Shown here piece by piece: positions 18,901 to 29,981 of a stretch of DNA of 64,000 nt. The position numbers were made by a program, and so were the translations under genes. The stretch is from the NCBI GenBank assembly GCA_039980135.1, contig JBDXCV010000001.1, positions 74,914 to 138,913 on the forward strand. The letters are read 5' to 3'. The notes beneath the pieces are model-generated. The model was not told the DNA's origin. It did not search any database and saw only the letters and a list, made by a program, of their open reading frames with translations. Origin of the DNA: Alphaproteobacteria bacterium. GTDB lineage: Bacteria > Pseudomonadota > Alphaproteobacteria > UBA6615. Numbering within the stretch: position 1 is the stretch's first letter; every line of letters begins with the position of its first letter.

Positions 18901-19877
18901 CCGATACAGGCGTTGAAAAGCGCCGCGTCCACGTTGCCGCCGGATAGAATGGCGACGATCGTCCGACCCTCCGTTTCGATGTTGTTCGACAATATGGCAG
19001 CCAGCGCCACGGCACCCCCGGGTTCCAGCACGAGTTTGAGGGTGCGCCACGCGTAGGCCATGGCCGCGCGCACGTCGTCGTCGTCTACCGCGATGCCCGT
19101 TACACCGTGCGCGTGCATGGCGGCGAAGGTCAGGTCACCCGTGCTTGGTGACAGCAGCGCGTCGCAGATGGAGGCCGCGCCGGTCTCGTTCGAAAGACGC
19201 TGGCCGGCGGCGAGGGAGCGCATGGCATCGTCGAACCCGGCCGGTTCGACCGCTGTGACCCGGGATGCGGGACAGCGATCCGCCAGCGCGATGGCGATCC
19301 CGGACGTCAGCCCGCCGCCGCCGCAACAGACCAGCACTTCATCGGGCGGGGCTTGCAATGCCGCGCATTGCGCGGCGATCTCGAGTCCCACGCTGCCCTG
19401 CCCCTCGATGGTCCAGGGGTGATCGAAGGGGGGAACCAGGGTCGCACCGAACTCATCGGCGATGGCCGCGGCGATATCCTCGCGGGATTCGGTCTGGCGA
19501 TCATATGTGACCACCTCCGCACCATAACCACGCGTGTTGTCGTTCTTGGCGCGGGGCGCGTCGGCGGGCATCACGATCGTCGCGGGAACGCCGAAGATTT
19601 CCGCCGCCGCGGCAACACCCTGGGCATGGTTGCCTGACGAATAGGCGACGACCCCGTTCGTGCGGACATCGGACGGAATCTGGGACAGGAAATTATAGGC
19701 GCCGCGAAACTTGAACGACCCGGTCCGCTGCAGGGTTTCCGCCTTCAGCAGCACGCGTCCGTTGGTGCGGGCATTGAGGGCGGGGTTCTCGATCAGCGGG
19801 GTGCGGACCGCGACGCGGGCCAGTCTTTCTGCCGCCGCCTCGATGCCGGCAAGGGTGGGCCGGGCCTGCGTCGTCAT
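18897..19877 (-). CDS. PLP-dependent threonine/serine dehydratase (fold type II)
   Basis: ETLQRTGSFKFRGAYN lysine motif and glycine-rich GGGGL loop. 326 aa, so the catabolic type without regulatory domains. Confidence 0.8.
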   Translation of the reverse strand: MTTQARPTLAGIEAAAERLARVAVRTPLIENPALNARTNGRVLLKAETLQRTGSFKFRGAYNFLSQIPSDVRTNGVVAYSSGNHAQGVAAAAEIFGVPATIVMPADAPRAKNDNTRGYGAEVVTYDRQTESREDIAAAIADEFGATLVPPFDHPWTIEGQGSVGLEIAAQCAALQAPPDEVLVCCGGGGLTSGIAIALADRCPASRVTAVEPAGFDDAMRSLAAGQRLSNETGAASICDALLSPSTGDLTFAAMHAHGVTGIAVDDDDVRAAMAYAWRTLKLVLEPGGAVALAAILSNNIETEGRTIVAILSGGNVDAALFNACIG

Positions 19878-20569
19878 GCCGGGTCGAGACCCAGAATGGT
19901 GGGCAGCGGTGCCAGTGTGTCCAGGATGATTTCGGGCTTCGCGGGGAGATGTTCCACCGGCTGGCCGTAGCGGTTCACCCAGACGACACGGAAGCCGAAC
20001 GCGCCGGCCCCGGCGGCGTCCCAGCCGTTCGACGACATGAAGCAGATATTTCCCGCGGCCACGCCCAGCCGGTCGACCGCCAGCCGATACACGCGCGGGT
20101 CGGGCTTGTAGACACCGACCTCCTCGACGCTCAGCACGGCGTCGAGCAAGGCGTCGATTCCCGACGCGGCGGCCGCCGCGTTCAACATATCCGGGGATCC
20201 GTTCGACAGGATCGCGGTCTTCATCCCCGCGGCCTTGAGGCGAGTCAGCGTGTCCGTCACTTCGGCGAAGGTGTCGAGCTCACGGTAAAGCGCCATCAGG
20301 CGTTCGTGCAGATCGGGATTGTCGATCCGTGTCGCAGCCAGGGCAAAATCCAAGGCCTCGCCGGTGACCTGCCAGAAATCCGCATGGGTCCCCATCAGGC
20401 TGCGCAGCCAAGTGTATTGCAGTTGTTTCTGACGCCAGATTTCCGAAAGGGTCTCGGCACTGTCGCCGATCTCCTCGCGGCAATGCATGACGGCGGAATT
20501 GAAGTCGAGCAGCGTGCCATACGCGTCGAAAACGCAAGCCTCGATAGCGTCGATATGCTGATCGGTCAT
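19874..20569 (-). CDS. haloacid dehalogenase type II (HAD superfamily, (S)-2-haloacid dehalogenase-like)
   Basis: N-terminal CVFDAYGTLLD nucleophile motif and SSNGWD motif. 231 aa. 4-nt overlaps with both neighbours. Confidence 0.75.
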   Translation of the reverse strand: MTDQHIDAIEACVFDAYGTLLDFNSAVMHCREEIGDSAETLSEIWRQKQLQYTWLRSLMGTHADFWQVTGEALDFALAATRIDNPDLHERLMALYRELDTFAEVTDTLTRLKAAGMKTAILSNGSPDMLNAAAAASGIDALLDAVLSVEEVGVYKPDPRVYRLAVDRLGVAAGNICFMSSNGWDAAGAGAFGFRVVWVNRYGQPVEHLPAKPEIILDTLAPLPTILGLDPA

Positions 20570-22554
20570 TGGCTTTTCAGCGCGCTGAAGATCGGGTTGG
20601 CGCCGGTCTCGGCGAGTTGCGTATCGCTCAGGAGATGGCGGTACACGGGCACGGATTCGAGAACGCGCTGGACGTAGTTGCGGGTCTCGCTGAAGGGGAT
20701 TGTCTCGATCCAGTCGAGCATGTCGATTTCGCCGGTCCGCGGATCTCCATATTCGCGCACCCAGCGAACGACCCGGTGTGGCCCGGCATTGTAGGCGGCG
20801 AGCGCGAGGGGCGACGAACCGTCGAACCGCTCCAGCATCTGCTCCAGATAGCCGCCGCCGAGGCGGATGTTGTAGCCGGGATCGGTAAGCAGCCGCGACC
20901 GGCTATAGGGCTCGGACAGGCCCTTGGCGATTTGTTTGGCGGTGGCCGGCATCAATTGCATCATGCCCCGCGCGCCCGCCCGGCTGATGGCGGTCCGGTC
21001 GAAGCCGCTTTCCTGCCGGATCACCGACAGCACCAGTGCGTCTTCGAGCGGCGTATCCGCCTCGCGTTTCGGGAGGGGCCATAGCGGATAGCCTGCCGCA
21101 CCGATAATGTTATCGAGTTGATTGGCGCGTTTTGCGGCCCGTACGGCCTCGCGGGGCCTGTCGGCCTCATGGGCAAGCTGGGCGACGAGCAGGCGTTCGT
21201 CGGCGGTTTTTGCCTGGCCGGAAAGCTGCAAAAGGAATGTCCGCAGGCTGGCGTCGGCGCCCAGCGCATGCAGGCGCTGCACCAGGACAACAAGCTCGTG
21301 CGAGACAAAGGCCTCGCGGATAGCCGGATCGGACGGCCGTGCAAACGCGATCCGCGGCGCCGGCGACCCGAGCGACAGCAGCGCCTGCTGGCCATAGAAG
21401 GTCGATGGATGCTCGGCGGCTCGCTGCCACCATTCGCGCGCATGTTCATGCTCGCCACGCGCGTCCGCGGCGCGGCCTTTCCAGAACGCGCCGCGTGCCC
21501 GGCTAATCGGGTATCGCACGCCTTCATACAGGGTGGCGAAATGGTCCTCGGCGGTGTTTGGTGCGCCCAGGAACGAAAGTTGTATCCAGCCGGCGAGAAA
21601 CTCCGATTCCGCGAAGGCGGCACCCGAGGACAGGCCGTGGCCTGTCACCAGTCGCGCGGCTTCGGAGTAATGCCCGTCCGCAAGGGCGCGCCGCGCAAGG
21701 ATCTGGCTCTCTGCTGCCCATTTATGCGGATGGGGGCGCAAGCCCGTAAGTTCGAACAGGATGTCGCGCGCGTCAATATCCTTGCCTTTGCGGCGGCGCC
21801 AGCGCAGGCGCTCGAACCAGAGTTCCGGCGCGTCACGCATCGCCTCCGGTACCCGCGCGATCGCACCGTCTACCCCGCCGCTTCTGCGCAGCAAGGCGAT
21901 GCGGGCCCGGCCCAATGCGGCTGTGGCCGGGTCTACACGACGCAACATGCGCTGCGCGGCGCCATGATTCTGCGTCCAGATCAGATGGTCGAGCCGGGCG
22001 CGGTGATCGTCCTTGCCGAGATATGCACCGTGGCGTTTAAGCAGCGCGGTTTCCGTATGCCGGTCGATGCCGAGTGTGCGCCAGTAACGCGGGGTCAGTT
22101 CGGCGAGGCGGTCGCGTTCGCCGTTCGTGCGCAGCGCGTCGAGATGGGCCAGCGCGCCGGCCCCCGAGATGGGCGGGTGCGCGTCGAACCATTCACGAAC
22201 GGCCGCGCCGGTGACTGTCTCGTCGATGGCCGCCTCGGCATTGCGGCGCAATTCACGCGCGCGCGGCCAGTCCGGGTTCGCGGCGAGGAATGCCGTGATT
22301 TCGGCGAAACTGCTTTTCCCGGCGGCGCGCTGATGGTCGAGCCAGGCGGCGTATTTGGCGATGAGAGGTTCGACGCCCCGGTCGCGGTACAGGCGCACCG
22401 CCGGCCAGTTTTCCTTTTCCGCGGCGGCGATCAGGTCGCGGGCGTTTTTATCCGACGCATAGGCGGGCCCGATATATCCGCTCGTCACACCCCATGCGAG
22501 CGCGACCGCAGTGAACAGGGCAAATATGCATCGGTTGGCGGGTCGAACAAACAC
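20566..22554 (-). CDS. soluble lytic murein transglycosylase (Slt70-like, superhelical U-domain + SLT catalytic domain)
   Basis: C-terminal SLT domain [39 protein letters not shown] at 22554 gives the signal peptide ([22 protein letters not shown]). The listed ORF runs on to 22782 but would overlap dapA. Confidence 0.8.
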   Translation of the reverse strand: MFVRPANRCIFALFTAVALAWGVTSGYIGPAYASDKNARDLIAAAEKENWPAVRLYRDRGVEPLIAKYAAWLDHQRAAGKSSFAEITAFLAANPDWPRARELRRNAEAAIDETVTGAAVREWFDAHPPISGAGALAHLDALRTNGERDRLAELTPRYWRTLGIDRHTETALLKRHGAYLGKDDHRARLDHLIWTQNHGAAQRMLRRVDPATAALGRARIALLRRSGGVDGAIARVPEAMRDAPELWFERLRWRRRKGKDIDARDILFELTGLRPHPHKWAAESQILARRALADGHYSEAARLVTGHGLSSGAAFAESEFLAGWIQLSFLGAPNTAEDHFATLYEGVRYPISRARGAFWKGRAADARGEHEHAREWWQRAAEHPSTFYGQQALLSLGSPAPRIAFARPSDPAIREAFVSHELVVLVQRLHALGADASLRTFLLQLSGQAKTADERLLVAQLAHEADRPREAVRAAKRANQLDNIIGAAGYPLWPLPKREADTPLEDALVLSVIRQESGFDRTAISRAGARGMMQLMPATAKQIAKGLSEPYSRSRLLTDPGYNIRLGGGYLEQMLERFDGSSPLALAAYNAGPHRVVRWVREYGDPRTGEIDMLDWIETIPFSETRNYVQRVLESVPVYRHLLSDTQLAETGANPIFSALKSQ

Positions 22555-22732
22555 GTGCAGATCCAGGGTGATTCTCAGGCCTGCGAGTGTAGGGATACCG
22601 CTTGCACCTGACCAGTATCGTATCGATCCGCAGAGTTGGTTCGCGCGGTTTGCGCCTTGTTCGGGCACAGCCGAGCCGTTATCTTCCGCGCGAATATCCG
22701 CACGTTCCGCAATTCGCGGGCAGGAGGGCGAT

Positions 22733-23611
22733 ATGTTCAAGGGATCGATGACCGCACTGATTACGCCGTTCCGCGACGGCAAGGTCGACGAGAAAGCATA
22801 TCAGGGTCTTGTCGAGTGGCAGATCGACGAGGGCACCGACGGCGTGATTCCGGTCGGAACGACTGGGGAATCGCCCACCTTGAGCCATGGTGAGCATGAA
22901 CGCGTCGTCGAGATGTGCGTTGAGGCCGCAGCCGGTCGTGTCCCCGTGATCGCGGGTGCGGGTTCCAATTCGACCGCGGAATGTGTCCGCCTGACCGAGC
23001 ATGCGAAGACCGCAGGCGCGGATGCGGCTCTGATCGTGACGCCCTATTACAACAAGCCGTCGCAGGATGGCCTGTATGCGCATTTCAAGACTGTCGCCGA
23101 TGCCGTCGATATTCCGATCATCATCTACAACATCCCGCCCCGTTCGGTGATCGACATGTCCACCGCGACCATGGCGCGGCTGGCGAAGGACTGCCCGAAC
23201 ATCATCGGTGTGAAGGATGCGACGGCCGACCTGACCCGGCCGCTGGCGATGCGCCAGGAGATCGGCGAGGATTTCTGCATGTTGTCCGGCGAAGATGCGA
23301 CGGTCATGTCGTTCCTGGCCAATGGTGGGGACGGCTGTATCTCCGTCACCTCCAATGCCGCTCCGCGCGCGTGTGCCGAGATGCATGACGCGTGGCAGGC
23401 CGGCGATGCGAAGGCTGCGATGGCGATCAACGCCCGCCTGTTCCCGCTGCATTCCGCGTTGTTCGTCGAGCCGAACCCGGTGCCGGTCAAGTATGCGGCC
23501 TCGCTGCTCGAGAAATGCACGATGGATGTCCGCCTGCCGCTGACGCCGGCGAACGAGAACACCCAGAAGCTGGTCCGCGACGCGATGGTGTCGGCGGGGC
23601 TGCTCAACTAG
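22733..23611 (+). CDS. dapA: 4-hydroxy-tetrahydrodipicolinate synthase
   Basis: [13 protein letters not shown] start. GTTGES, the YYNKP motif and the active-site Lys region are all present. 292 aa from the ATG at 22733. Confidence 0.9.
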   Translation: MFKGSMTALITPFRDGKVDEKAYQGLVEWQIDEGTDGVIPVGTTGESPTLSHGEHERVVEMCVEAAAGRVPVIAGAGSNSTAECVRLTEHAKTAGADAALIVTPYYNKPSQDGLYAHFKTVADAVDIPIIIYNIPPRSVIDMSTATMARLAKDCPNIIGVKDATADLTRPLAMRQEIGEDFCMLSGEDATVMSFLANGGDGCISVTSNAAPRACAEMHDAWQAGDAKAAMAINARLFPLHSALFVEPNPVPVKYAASLLEKCTMDVRLPLTPANENTQKLVRDAMVSAGLLN

Positions 23612-23632
23612 CGGCGCGGTATCGCAGGATCG

Positions 23633-24109
23633 ATGGCCGGAAAAAAACACGCGCCGCCAGGCACGATCGCCGCGCAGAATCGCAAGGCGCGCCATGACTA
23701 TTCGATCGAGGACAATATCGAGACCGGGCTCGTCCTGACGGGACCCGAGGTAAAATCCCTGCGCGAAGGCAAGGGCAGCCTCGTGGATGCCTGGGCCGGC
23801 GAGCGCGACGACGAGTTGTGGATGTTCAACTGCTACATCCCGAAATACGCCCCGGCGAAAAATTTACCCCATGAGGAACGCCGGCCGCGCAAATTGCTGG
23901 TGAACCGTCGCGAGATGGACCGCTTGTTTGCGGAGATCCATCGCGACGGCGTGACCCTCGTGCCGCTCTCGATCTATTTCAACAAACGTGGCATCGCCAA
24001 GGTCGATCTCGGCATCGCATCGGGCAAGCGCAAATACGACAAGCGTCAGGCTGAGAAGCAGCGCGACTGGGACCGTCAGAAGGCCCGTCTACTTCGCGAC
24101 CACGGTTAA
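23633..24109 (+). CDS. smpB: SsrA-binding protein
   Basis: AQNRKARHDYSIEDNIETGLVLTGPEVKSLREGK is the canonical SmpB N-terminus. 158 aa. Confidence 0.95.
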   Translation: MAGKKHAPPGTIAAQNRKARHDYSIEDNIETGLVLTGPEVKSLREGKGSLVDAWAGERDDELWMFNCYIPKYAPAKNLPHEERRPRKLLVNRREMDRLFAEIHRDGVTLVPLSIYFNKRGIAKVDLGIASGKRKYDKRQAEKQRDWDRQKARLLRDHG

Positions 24110-24153
24110 ATGACTATGAAACAAGGGGTTGTGCAGGTTTTTTGTCGCCGCTC

Positions 24154-24180
24154 TTGACTAACGTTTACGTTAACGTAAAC
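24154..24180. promoter_or_regulatory. TTGACT -35-like hexamer followed by a perfect 18-bp palindrome GTTTACGTTAACGTAAAC (putative MerR/LiuR operator)
   Basis: Seen directly. The palindrome at 24163..24180 sits immediately upstream of the MerR-family gene that heads the liu cluster. Geometry is typical of MerR-type operators placed inside the promoter spacer. Confidence 0.6.
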
Positions 24181-24188
24181 TATTGGGT

Positions 24189-24587
24189 ATGGAGCAGACA
24201 TTCTCGATATCCGACCTCGCGCAGGAGTTCGACATCACCCCGCGGACCATTCGTCACTACGAGGCGGAGGGGTTGATCAAGCCGGACCGAGACGGCCAGC
24301 GACGCATCTATTCCGGACGCGATCGGGTGCGCCTCGCGCTTGTGCTCCGCGGCAAACGGCTGGGTTTCTCGCTGGCCGAGGCGAAGGAGATCATCGACCT
24401 CTATGCCGCCCCACAGGGCGAGGCCTTCCAGCTTCGGACCCTGCTGGAGAAACTCGACGAGAAACGCGGGTTGCTGGAAGACAAGCACCGTGACCTGGAT
24501 GCGGCGATCTCGAACATGGACAAGTATGCGGCCCGTTGCCGGGACCGCCTGGCGGAGCTCGAGTCCCGCCGGGAGGCGGCGGAGTAA
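24189..24587 (+). CDS. liuR: MerR family transcriptional regulator (LiuR-like, leucine/isovalerate catabolism regulator)
   Basis: HTH FSISDLAQEFDITPRTIRHYEAEGL, plus a C-terminal coiled-coil dimerisation helix. Immediately upstream of ivd. Confidence 0.75.
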   Translation: MEQTFSISDLAQEFDITPRTIRHYEAEGLIKPDRDGQRRIYSGRDRVRLALVLRGKRLGFSLAEAKEIIDLYAAPQGEAFQLRTLLEKLDEKRGLLEDKHRDLDAAISNMDKYAARCRDRLAELESRREAAE

Positions 24588-24647
24588 AATTCCCGCTATT
24601 GTCTGAAAACATTGGGGGCGGCGAACCCGCCCGGGTGGAGGCGACAC

Positions 24648-25820
24648 ATGATTCCCAACGAGTATCCGAGCCTGAGTTTCGATTTGGGCGATACCGCCGA
24701 CATGCTGCGCGATTCGGTACGCAGCTTCGCATCCGACAGGATTGCGCCGCGCGCGGAAGCCATCGACAGGGACAACGAGTTCCCGATCGATCTCTGGCCC
24801 GAGATGGGCGAACTCGGCCTGCACGGCATTACGGTAGATGAGGCATATGGCGGGTCGAACCTCGGCTATCTGGAACATTGCGTGGCGATGGAGGAGGTCA
24901 GCCGCGCGTCGGCGTCGGTCGGCCTGTCCTACGGCGCCCACTCGAATCTTTGCGTCAACCAGATTCACCGCAACGGCAGCGACGCGCAAAAGGCCCGCTA
25001 TCTGCCCGATCTTGTCTCCGGCAAGCATGTGGGCGCGCTGGCGATGAGCGAGCCGGGTGCCGGCTCCGACGTGGTCGGCATGCGCACCCGGGCCGAAAAG
25101 AAGGGTGATCGGTACATCCTCAACGGCACCAAGATGTGGATCACCAACGGGCCGGTGTCCGAGACCTATGTAATCTATGCCAAGACCGACCCCGACGCCG
25201 GCCCCCGGGGAATGACGGCCTTCATCGTCGAGCGCGGCTTCAAGGGATTCTCCACGGCACAGAAGCTGGACAAGCTGGGCATGCGCGGGTCCGACACCTG
25301 CGAACTGATATTCGAGGATTGCGAAGTACCCGAGGAGAACGTGCTGGGTGAGGTCGGCAAGGGTGTCAACGTCCTGATGTCCGGCCTCGACTATGAGCGC
25401 GCGGTCCTCGCCGCCGGGCCGCTGGGCATCATGCAGGCCTGCATGGATATCGTCGTGCCGTATGTCCATGAACGTGAACAGTTCGGCCAGCCAATCGGCA
25501 CGTTTCAGTTGATGCAGGGCAAACTGGCCGACATGTATGTCACCATGAACGCCTGCAAGGCCTATGTGTATGCCGTCGCGCAGGCGTGTGATCGGGGCGA
25601 GACAACCCGCAAGGATGCCGCCGGCGCCATTCTGTACGCCGGTGAGAAGGCGACCTGGATGGCGCTCGAGGCGATCCAGACGCTGGGCGGCAACGGCTAC
25701 GTCAACGAATTCCCGACCGGTCGTCTGCTGCGCGATGCCAAGCTCTACGAGATCGGCGCGGGCACGTCGGAGATCCGGCGTATGCTGATCGGCCGCGAAC
25801 TTTTCGACGAGACGGCCTGA
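24648..25820 (+). CDS. ivd: isovaleryl-CoA dehydrogenase
   Basis: 390 aa acyl-CoA dehydrogenase with very high colinearity to IVD ([15 protein letters not shown] ... [10 protein letters not shown] ... [12 protein letters not shown]). Context includes MCCase, MG-CoA hydratase and HMG-CoA lyase. Confidence 0.85.
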   Translation: MIPNEYPSLSFDLGDTADMLRDSVRSFASDRIAPRAEAIDRDNEFPIDLWPEMGELGLHGITVDEAYGGSNLGYLEHCVAMEEVSRASASVGLSYGAHSNLCVNQIHRNGSDAQKARYLPDLVSGKHVGALAMSEPGAGSDVVGMRTRAEKKGDRYILNGTKMWITNGPVSETYVIYAKTDPDAGPRGMTAFIVERGFKGFSTAQKLDKLGMRGSDTCELIFEDCEVPEENVLGEVGKGVNVLMSGLDYERAVLAAGPLGIMQACMDIVVPYVHEREQFGQPIGTFQLMQGKLADMYVTMNACKAYVYAVAQACDRGETTRKDAAGAILYAGEKATWMALEAIQTLGGNGYVNEFPTGRLLRDAKLYEIGAGTSEIRRMLIGRELFDETA

Positions 25821-26227
25821 TGCGCCGTATTTCCACCAATTCCAAATTCGAAAAAGCCGTTGGCTATTCCCGCGCGGTCGTCGACGACGACTATGTCCAC
25901 GTCTCCGGTACGACCGGTTTCGACTACGAGACGATGGAGATATCCGACGATGTGGTCGCGCAGGCCCATCAGGCGTTCGGCAATATCGCGCGCACGCTTG
26001 CCGCGGCGCGTGTTTCCTTCGCCGATCTGGTGCGGGTGACCTACTACATCGCCGACGCCGATGACTACGAGGCGCTGATGCCAGTCTTCAAGCAGTATCT
26101 CGGACCCAACCCGCCCGCGGCCACGGCGCTAATAGCGCAGCTGATCGATCCACGTATCAAGATCGAGATCGAGGCGACCGCGCGGCGCCCGGGCCCGAAC
26201 CGCGGCATGCCCCAGGGAGAAGAGTGA
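25820..26227 (+). CDS. RidA/YjgF family reactive-intermediate deaminase
   Basis: 135 aa. AVGYSRAVVDDDYVHVSGTT ... RVTYYIAD pattern of the YjgF/chorismate-mutase-like fold. Confidence 0.75.
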   Translation: MRRISTNSKFEKAVGYSRAVVDDDYVHVSGTTGFDYETMEISDDVVAQAHQAFGNIARTLAAARVSFADLVRVTYYIADADDYEALMPVFKQYLGPNPPAATALIAQLIDPRIKIEIEATARRPGPNRGMPQGEE

Positions 26228-26877
26228 TGGCGTCGGTCGTGATCATCGGCGCGAGCCGGGGTATCGGCCTGGCATTCGCGCAAGGGTTTGCCGCGGATGG
26301 CTGGGAGGTTCATGCGACGACCCGGACGCCGGACAGCCCGGGCGAACTGGGTGCGGTCGGCGGCGATGTGTCCCTTTACAGTCTCGATGTCCGGAACACG
26401 GAGCAGATCGCGGCGCTCGGGCACGCGTTTGAAGGCAGATCCATCGATCTGCTGATCCACAGTGCCGGCGTCCTGCGCGGCGTGGACCGCGACGAGATGA
26501 TGGCGGTCAACGCCGACGCGCCGTTCAACGTGGTCGGCGCGTTGTTCGATGCGGTGACGCGTGGCGAACACAAGAAAATCGCGATTCTGACCAGTCAGAT
26601 GGGCGCGCGCCATGGCGGCGGCACCCCGTCGAGCCCCTATGGGGAATCGAAGTGCATCCTCAATGACAGGTTCCGGGAGATCGAGCCCGTATGGCGTGCA
26701 GCAGGCGTGACATCGGTCGTGTTCCATCCGGGCTGGGTGGCGACCGAAATGGGCGGCAGCGGTGCGCCGGTGAGCATCGATGAGAGCGTCACCGGGATGC
26801 GCCGGGTGATCGCGGGACTTTCGCCCGCCGACAGTGGCAAGTTTCTGACATGGAAGGGAACCGAGCATCCGTGGTGA
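26224..26877 (+). CDS. SDR family oxidoreductase (CsgA/C-factor-like short SDR), paralogue 1
   Basis: VVIIGASRGIGLAFAQ Rossmann motif. 217 aa. About 55% identical to the next gene, so a tandem duplication. Confidence 0.7.
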   Translation: MMASVVIIGASRGIGLAFAQGFAADGWEVHATTRTPDSPGELGAVGGDVSLYSLDVRNTEQIAALGHAFEGRSIDLLIHSAGVLRGVDRDEMMAVNADAPFNVVGALFDAVTRGEHKKIAILTSQMGARHGGGTPSSPYGESKCILNDRFREIEPVWRAAGVTSVVFHPGWVATEMGGSGAPVSIDESVTGMRRVIAGLSPADSGKFLTWKGTEHPW

Positions 26878-26905
26878 ATGAATGCACGAACATACCGGGT
26901 CGGAT

Positions 26906-27574
26906 ATGACGACCGTCGCGGTCATCGGCGCAAGCCGGGGCATCGGCCTTGAACTCGTACGCCAGTATGCGGCTGACGGTTGCCGGGTTCATGCCACCAC
27001 GCGCACGCCGGGTGCGCCCGGTGAATTGGGTGCCGTCGGCGGCGATGTCCGTCTGCATCGGCTCGACGTGGTCGATGATGAACAAATAGACGCGTTGGCC
27101 GGCGCATTGTCCGGTGAGCCGATCGATATCCTGATCCATAATGCCGGTATCAACGCCGGGCGGGGCGCGGGCGATGCGGAGACCACCGCGCGTTCCATGC
27201 GGATCAACGCCGAGGCGCCCATCGCCACAGTCGCGGCCCTGCTCGACAGCGTGGCGGCGAGCGACGAGAAAAAGGTCGCCGTCATGTCGAGCGTTCAGGG
27301 GTCGGGGCAATCTCGCGCGGGAAGTCCGGATTTGTATGGCGACAGCAAGCGTGAACTGAACAAGCGGTTCCGTGCGATCGAGCCCGATTGGCGCGCGCGC
27401 GGCGTCACCGCCGTGGCACTACATCCGGGGTATGTGCGCACCGACATGACCGGCGCGCACGCATCGCTTTCACCCGACGAAAGCGTTCGCGGCATTCGCA
27501 ATGTATTGGCCGGATTGATTGTGAAGGACAGCGGCCGGTTTCTGGATTATCGAGGTAAAAACGTCGCATGGTAG
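26906..27574 (+). CDS. SDR family oxidoreductase (CsgA/C-factor-like short SDR), paralogue 2
   Basis: VAVIGASRGIGLELVRQ, and colinear with the upstream paralogue throughout (HATTRTP..PGELGAVGGDV.., DxLIHNAG). Confidence 0.7.
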   Translation: MTTVAVIGASRGIGLELVRQYAADGCRVHATTRTPGAPGELGAVGGDVRLHRLDVVDDEQIDALAGALSGEPIDILIHNAGINAGRGAGDAETTARSMRINAEAPIATVAALLDSVAASDEKKVAVMSSVQGSGQSRAGSPDLYGDSKRELNKRFRAIEPDWRARGVTAVALHPGYVRTDMTGAHASLSPDESVRGIRNVLAGLIVKDSGRFLDYRGKNVAW

Positions 27575-28224
27575 AATCTGTTCATCGCCTGATCGCCGGG
27601 TTCAAGGGCTTCCGCGCGCGCTACTACGAGCAGCGCCCCGAGCGGATGAAGGAGCTGGCGGAGCAAGGCCAACACCCTGACGTGTTGCTCATCGCATGTG
27701 CGGACTCTCGCATCGATCCGGCGCTGTTGTTCGACAGCGAGCCGGGCGAATTGTTCGTTGTACGAAACGTTGCGAACCTGGTTCCCCCCTACGGCCCCGA
27801 CGAAAATCCACACGGCACCAGCTCGGCGATCGAGTTTGCGGTACGCGACCTCGGCGTTCGCCACATCGTCATTCTCGGGCATTCTGCCTGCGGCGGTATC
27901 CAGGCGCTTCGTGCCACCAGTGCCGGCGAGGAGTTTCCGCGCGATTTCATCGCACCCTGGATGCAGATCGCGGCGGATGCCTGCCCGTGCGATGCCGACG
28001 GAAACGTGCCGGACCAGGAAACCGTGGAGCATTCCTGCATCCGGGTTTCCCTGAATAACCTTATGACCTTTCCGTGGATCACGGAGAGGATCGACGCCGG
28101 CGATCTGCTGCTGCATGGCTGGTGGGTCGACCTGCAGGCCGGGCGGTTGTGCGCTGTCGATCACAAGGGCGACGGCATTCGCGATCTCGTAGCCGGGGAG
28201 GGAGAGCTCGGCGTTGCTGACTGA
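27568..28224 (+). CDS. beta-class carbonic anhydrase
   Basis: [17 protein letters not shown] (Cys-Asp-Arg triad) and ILGHSACGG zinc-ligand motifs. 218 aa. Confidence 0.85.
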   Translation: MVESVHRLIAGFKGFRARYYEQRPERMKELAEQGQHPDVLLIACADSRIDPALLFDSEPGELFVVRNVANLVPPYGPDENPHGTSSAIEFAVRDLGVRHIVILGHSACGGIQALRATSAGEEFPRDFIAPWMQIAADACPCDADGNVPDQETVEHSCIRVSLNNLMTFPWITERIDAGDLLLHGWWVDLQAGRLCAVDHKGDGIRDLVAGEGELGVAD

Positions 28225-29347
28225 CGTACAGGTCATGGTCCGCGACATGGCGCGGAGCTTCGCGGCCGAACAGCTCGCGCCGAACGCGGCTGCGTGGGAC
28301 CGGGACTCCCACTATCCGGCAGGCGCCGTGCGCGGCATGGCCGAGCTCGGCTTGCTGGGCATGGTCGTGCCAGAGGAATGGGGTGGTTCCGGTGCCGACA
28401 CGCTCACCCATGCGCTGGCGATTGAGGAGATCTCGGCCGGTGACGGCGCCTGTTCGACGATCATGGCGGTGCATAATTCGGTCGCCTGTTTGCCGGTCCT
28501 CAATTTCGGCAGCGACGAACAAAAGGAGCGTTTCCTGCGCCCGCTGGCGACCGGCGCGATGCTGGGCGCATTTGCGCTGACCGAGCCGGGCGCGGGATCG
28601 GACGCCGGTGCGATCCGGACCCGGGCCGAGAAGCGCGGCAACAAATATGTGCTCAACGGTACCAAGCAGTTCATCACCTCGGGCAAGAATGCCGACGTGG
28701 CGATCGTTTTCGCCAAGACCGACCCCGAGGCGGGCGGCAAGGGCATGAGCGCCTTCATCGTGCCGACGGACACACCCGGTTACCGGGTCGCGTCGGTCGA
28801 GGCCAAAATGGGCCAGCGGGCCTCGGACACCTGCCAGCTCGTATTCGAGGACATGGAGCTGACGCCGGATCTGCTGCTCGGAGAGGAGGGGCAGGGTTAC
28901 CGGATCGCGCTCTCCAATCTCGAGGGCGGGCGCATCGGCATAGCGGCCCAGGCCATCGGCATGGCACGGGCGGCCTATGAACATGCGCTGGCCTACGCAA
29001 AGGAACGCGAGACCTTCGGCCAACCGATCATTGAGCATCAGGCCGTGATCTTCCGGCTGGCGGACATGCGAACCAAACTCGAGGCGGCGCGCCAGCTCAC
29101 CCACAACGCCGCGCGGATGCGCGATGCGGGCAAACCCTGCCTGACCGAGGCGGCAATGGCCAAACTCTATGCGTCGGAAATCGCGGAACAGGTCTGCTCC
29201 GACGCGATCCAGATTCACGGCGGTTACGGCTACCTGCAGGACTTCCCGGTCGAGCGCATCTATCGCGACGTCCGGGTCACGAAAATCTATGAAGGCACCA
29301 GCGATATCCAGCGGCTGATCATCGGCCGCGATATCGCGGCGGCCTGA
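28214..29347 (+). CDS. acyl-CoA dehydrogenase (short/branched-chain type)
   Basis: 377 aa ACAD with [19 protein letters not shown] ... GTKQFITSG ... C-terminal [10 protein letters not shown]. Confidence 0.85.
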   Translation: MLTDVQVMVRDMARSFAAEQLAPNAAAWDRDSHYPAGAVRGMAELGLLGMVVPEEWGGSGADTLTHALAIEEISAGDGACSTIMAVHNSVACLPVLNFGSDEQKERFLRPLATGAMLGAFALTEPGAGSDAGAIRTRAEKRGNKYVLNGTKQFITSGKNADVAIVFAKTDPEAGGKGMSAFIVPTDTPGYRVASVEAKMGQRASDTCQLVFEDMELTPDLLLGEEGQGYRIALSNLEGGRIGIAAQAIGMARAAYEHALAYAKERETFGQPIIEHQAVIFRLADMRTKLEAARQLTHNAARMRDAGKPCLTEAAMAKLYASEIAEQVCSDAIQIHGGYGYLQDFPVERIYRDVRVTKIYEGTSDIQRLIIGRDIAAA

Positions 29348-29376
29348 CGAAACAATCCGAGAGGGGAGCAAACAGT

Positions 29377-29976
29377 ATGTCCGACGCACCGGTCGAGTTC
29401 TTTTTCGACTTCAACAGCCCGTACGGCTACATCGCGGCCCACAAGATCGGCGATATCGCGGTGAAGCATGGTCGCACCGTCGATTGGAAACCTTTCCTGC
29501 TGGGAGCCGTCTTCAAGGTGACGGGCGCGCAGCCGCTGCCTCATGTTCCGATGAAGGGAGACTACGCGAAGCATGATTTTGCCCGCTCGGCGCGGTTTCA
29601 CGAGGTGACCTACAACCCGCCGGAGAGCTTCCCTTTCTCGCCTGTCGCGGCTTCGCGCGCCGTCTATTGGGCGAAGGCCGACGGCAAGGCCGGAGAGATG
29701 ACACTGGCGCTCTATAATGCGGCGCTCGGCGAAGGCCTGGACATCGCCGCGCCGGATGCGGTTGTTGCCGTGGCGGCGAAGGCGGGTTTCGATGGCGACG
29801 CCGTGGCGGCGGGTATCCAGGACCCGGCGATCAAGGAAGCGCTCAAGACCGCGACCGACGAGGCCATCTCGCGGGAGATTTTCGGCTCGCCGTTCATGGT
29901 CGTGGACGGCGAAGCCTTCTGGGGCGCCGACCGGCTCGACATGGTCGAACGCTGGCTCGAGACCGGCGGCTGGTAG
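29377..29976 (+). CDS. 2-hydroxychromene-2-carboxylate isomerase family protein (DsbA-like thioredoxin fold)
   Basis: VEFFFDFNSPYGYIAAHKI N-terminus characteristic of the HCCA isomerase/DsbA family. 199 aa. Confidence 0.7.
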   Translation: MSDAPVEFFFDFNSPYGYIAAHKIGDIAVKHGRTVDWKPFLLGAVFKVTGAQPLPHVPMKGDYAKHDFARSARFHEVTYNPPESFPFSPVAASRAVYWAKADGKAGEMTLALYNAALGEGLDIAAPDAVVAVAAKAGFDGDAVAAGIQDPAIKEALKTATDEAISREIFGSPFMVVDGEAFWGADRLDMVERWLETGGW

Positions 29977-29981
29977 GCGGC

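Noticed and set aside
22511-22732. N-terminal 74-aa extension of the dapA ORF and 31731..31871 extension of mccB
   Set aside because: The extensions overlap upstream genes on the other strand or in frame read-through and lack homology. Conserved N-termini begin at the internal ATGs with upstream stop/RBS context.
24110-24182. Possible tmRNA (ssrA) immediately downstream of smpB
   Set aside because: Region is only 73 nt and is occupied by the TTGACT + 18-bp MerR/LiuR palindrome. No tRNA-like or tmRNA structure.
24180-25469. 429-aa minus-strand ORF
   Set aside because: Lies entirely antisense to liuR/ivd, whose products have unmistakable MerR and acyl-CoA dehydrogenase motifs. Arg/Gly/Pro-rich low-complexity translation typical of GC-rich antisense frames.
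27568-28224. Beta-carbonic anhydrase as carbonyl-sulfide hydrolase partner of the SCNase-like enzyme
   Set aside because: COS hydrolases are beta-CA-family enzymes, but this gene is 11 kb away. It is embedded co-directionally in the liu/MCCase cluster, where bicarbonate supply is the simpler explanation. There is no sequence basis to call it COSase.
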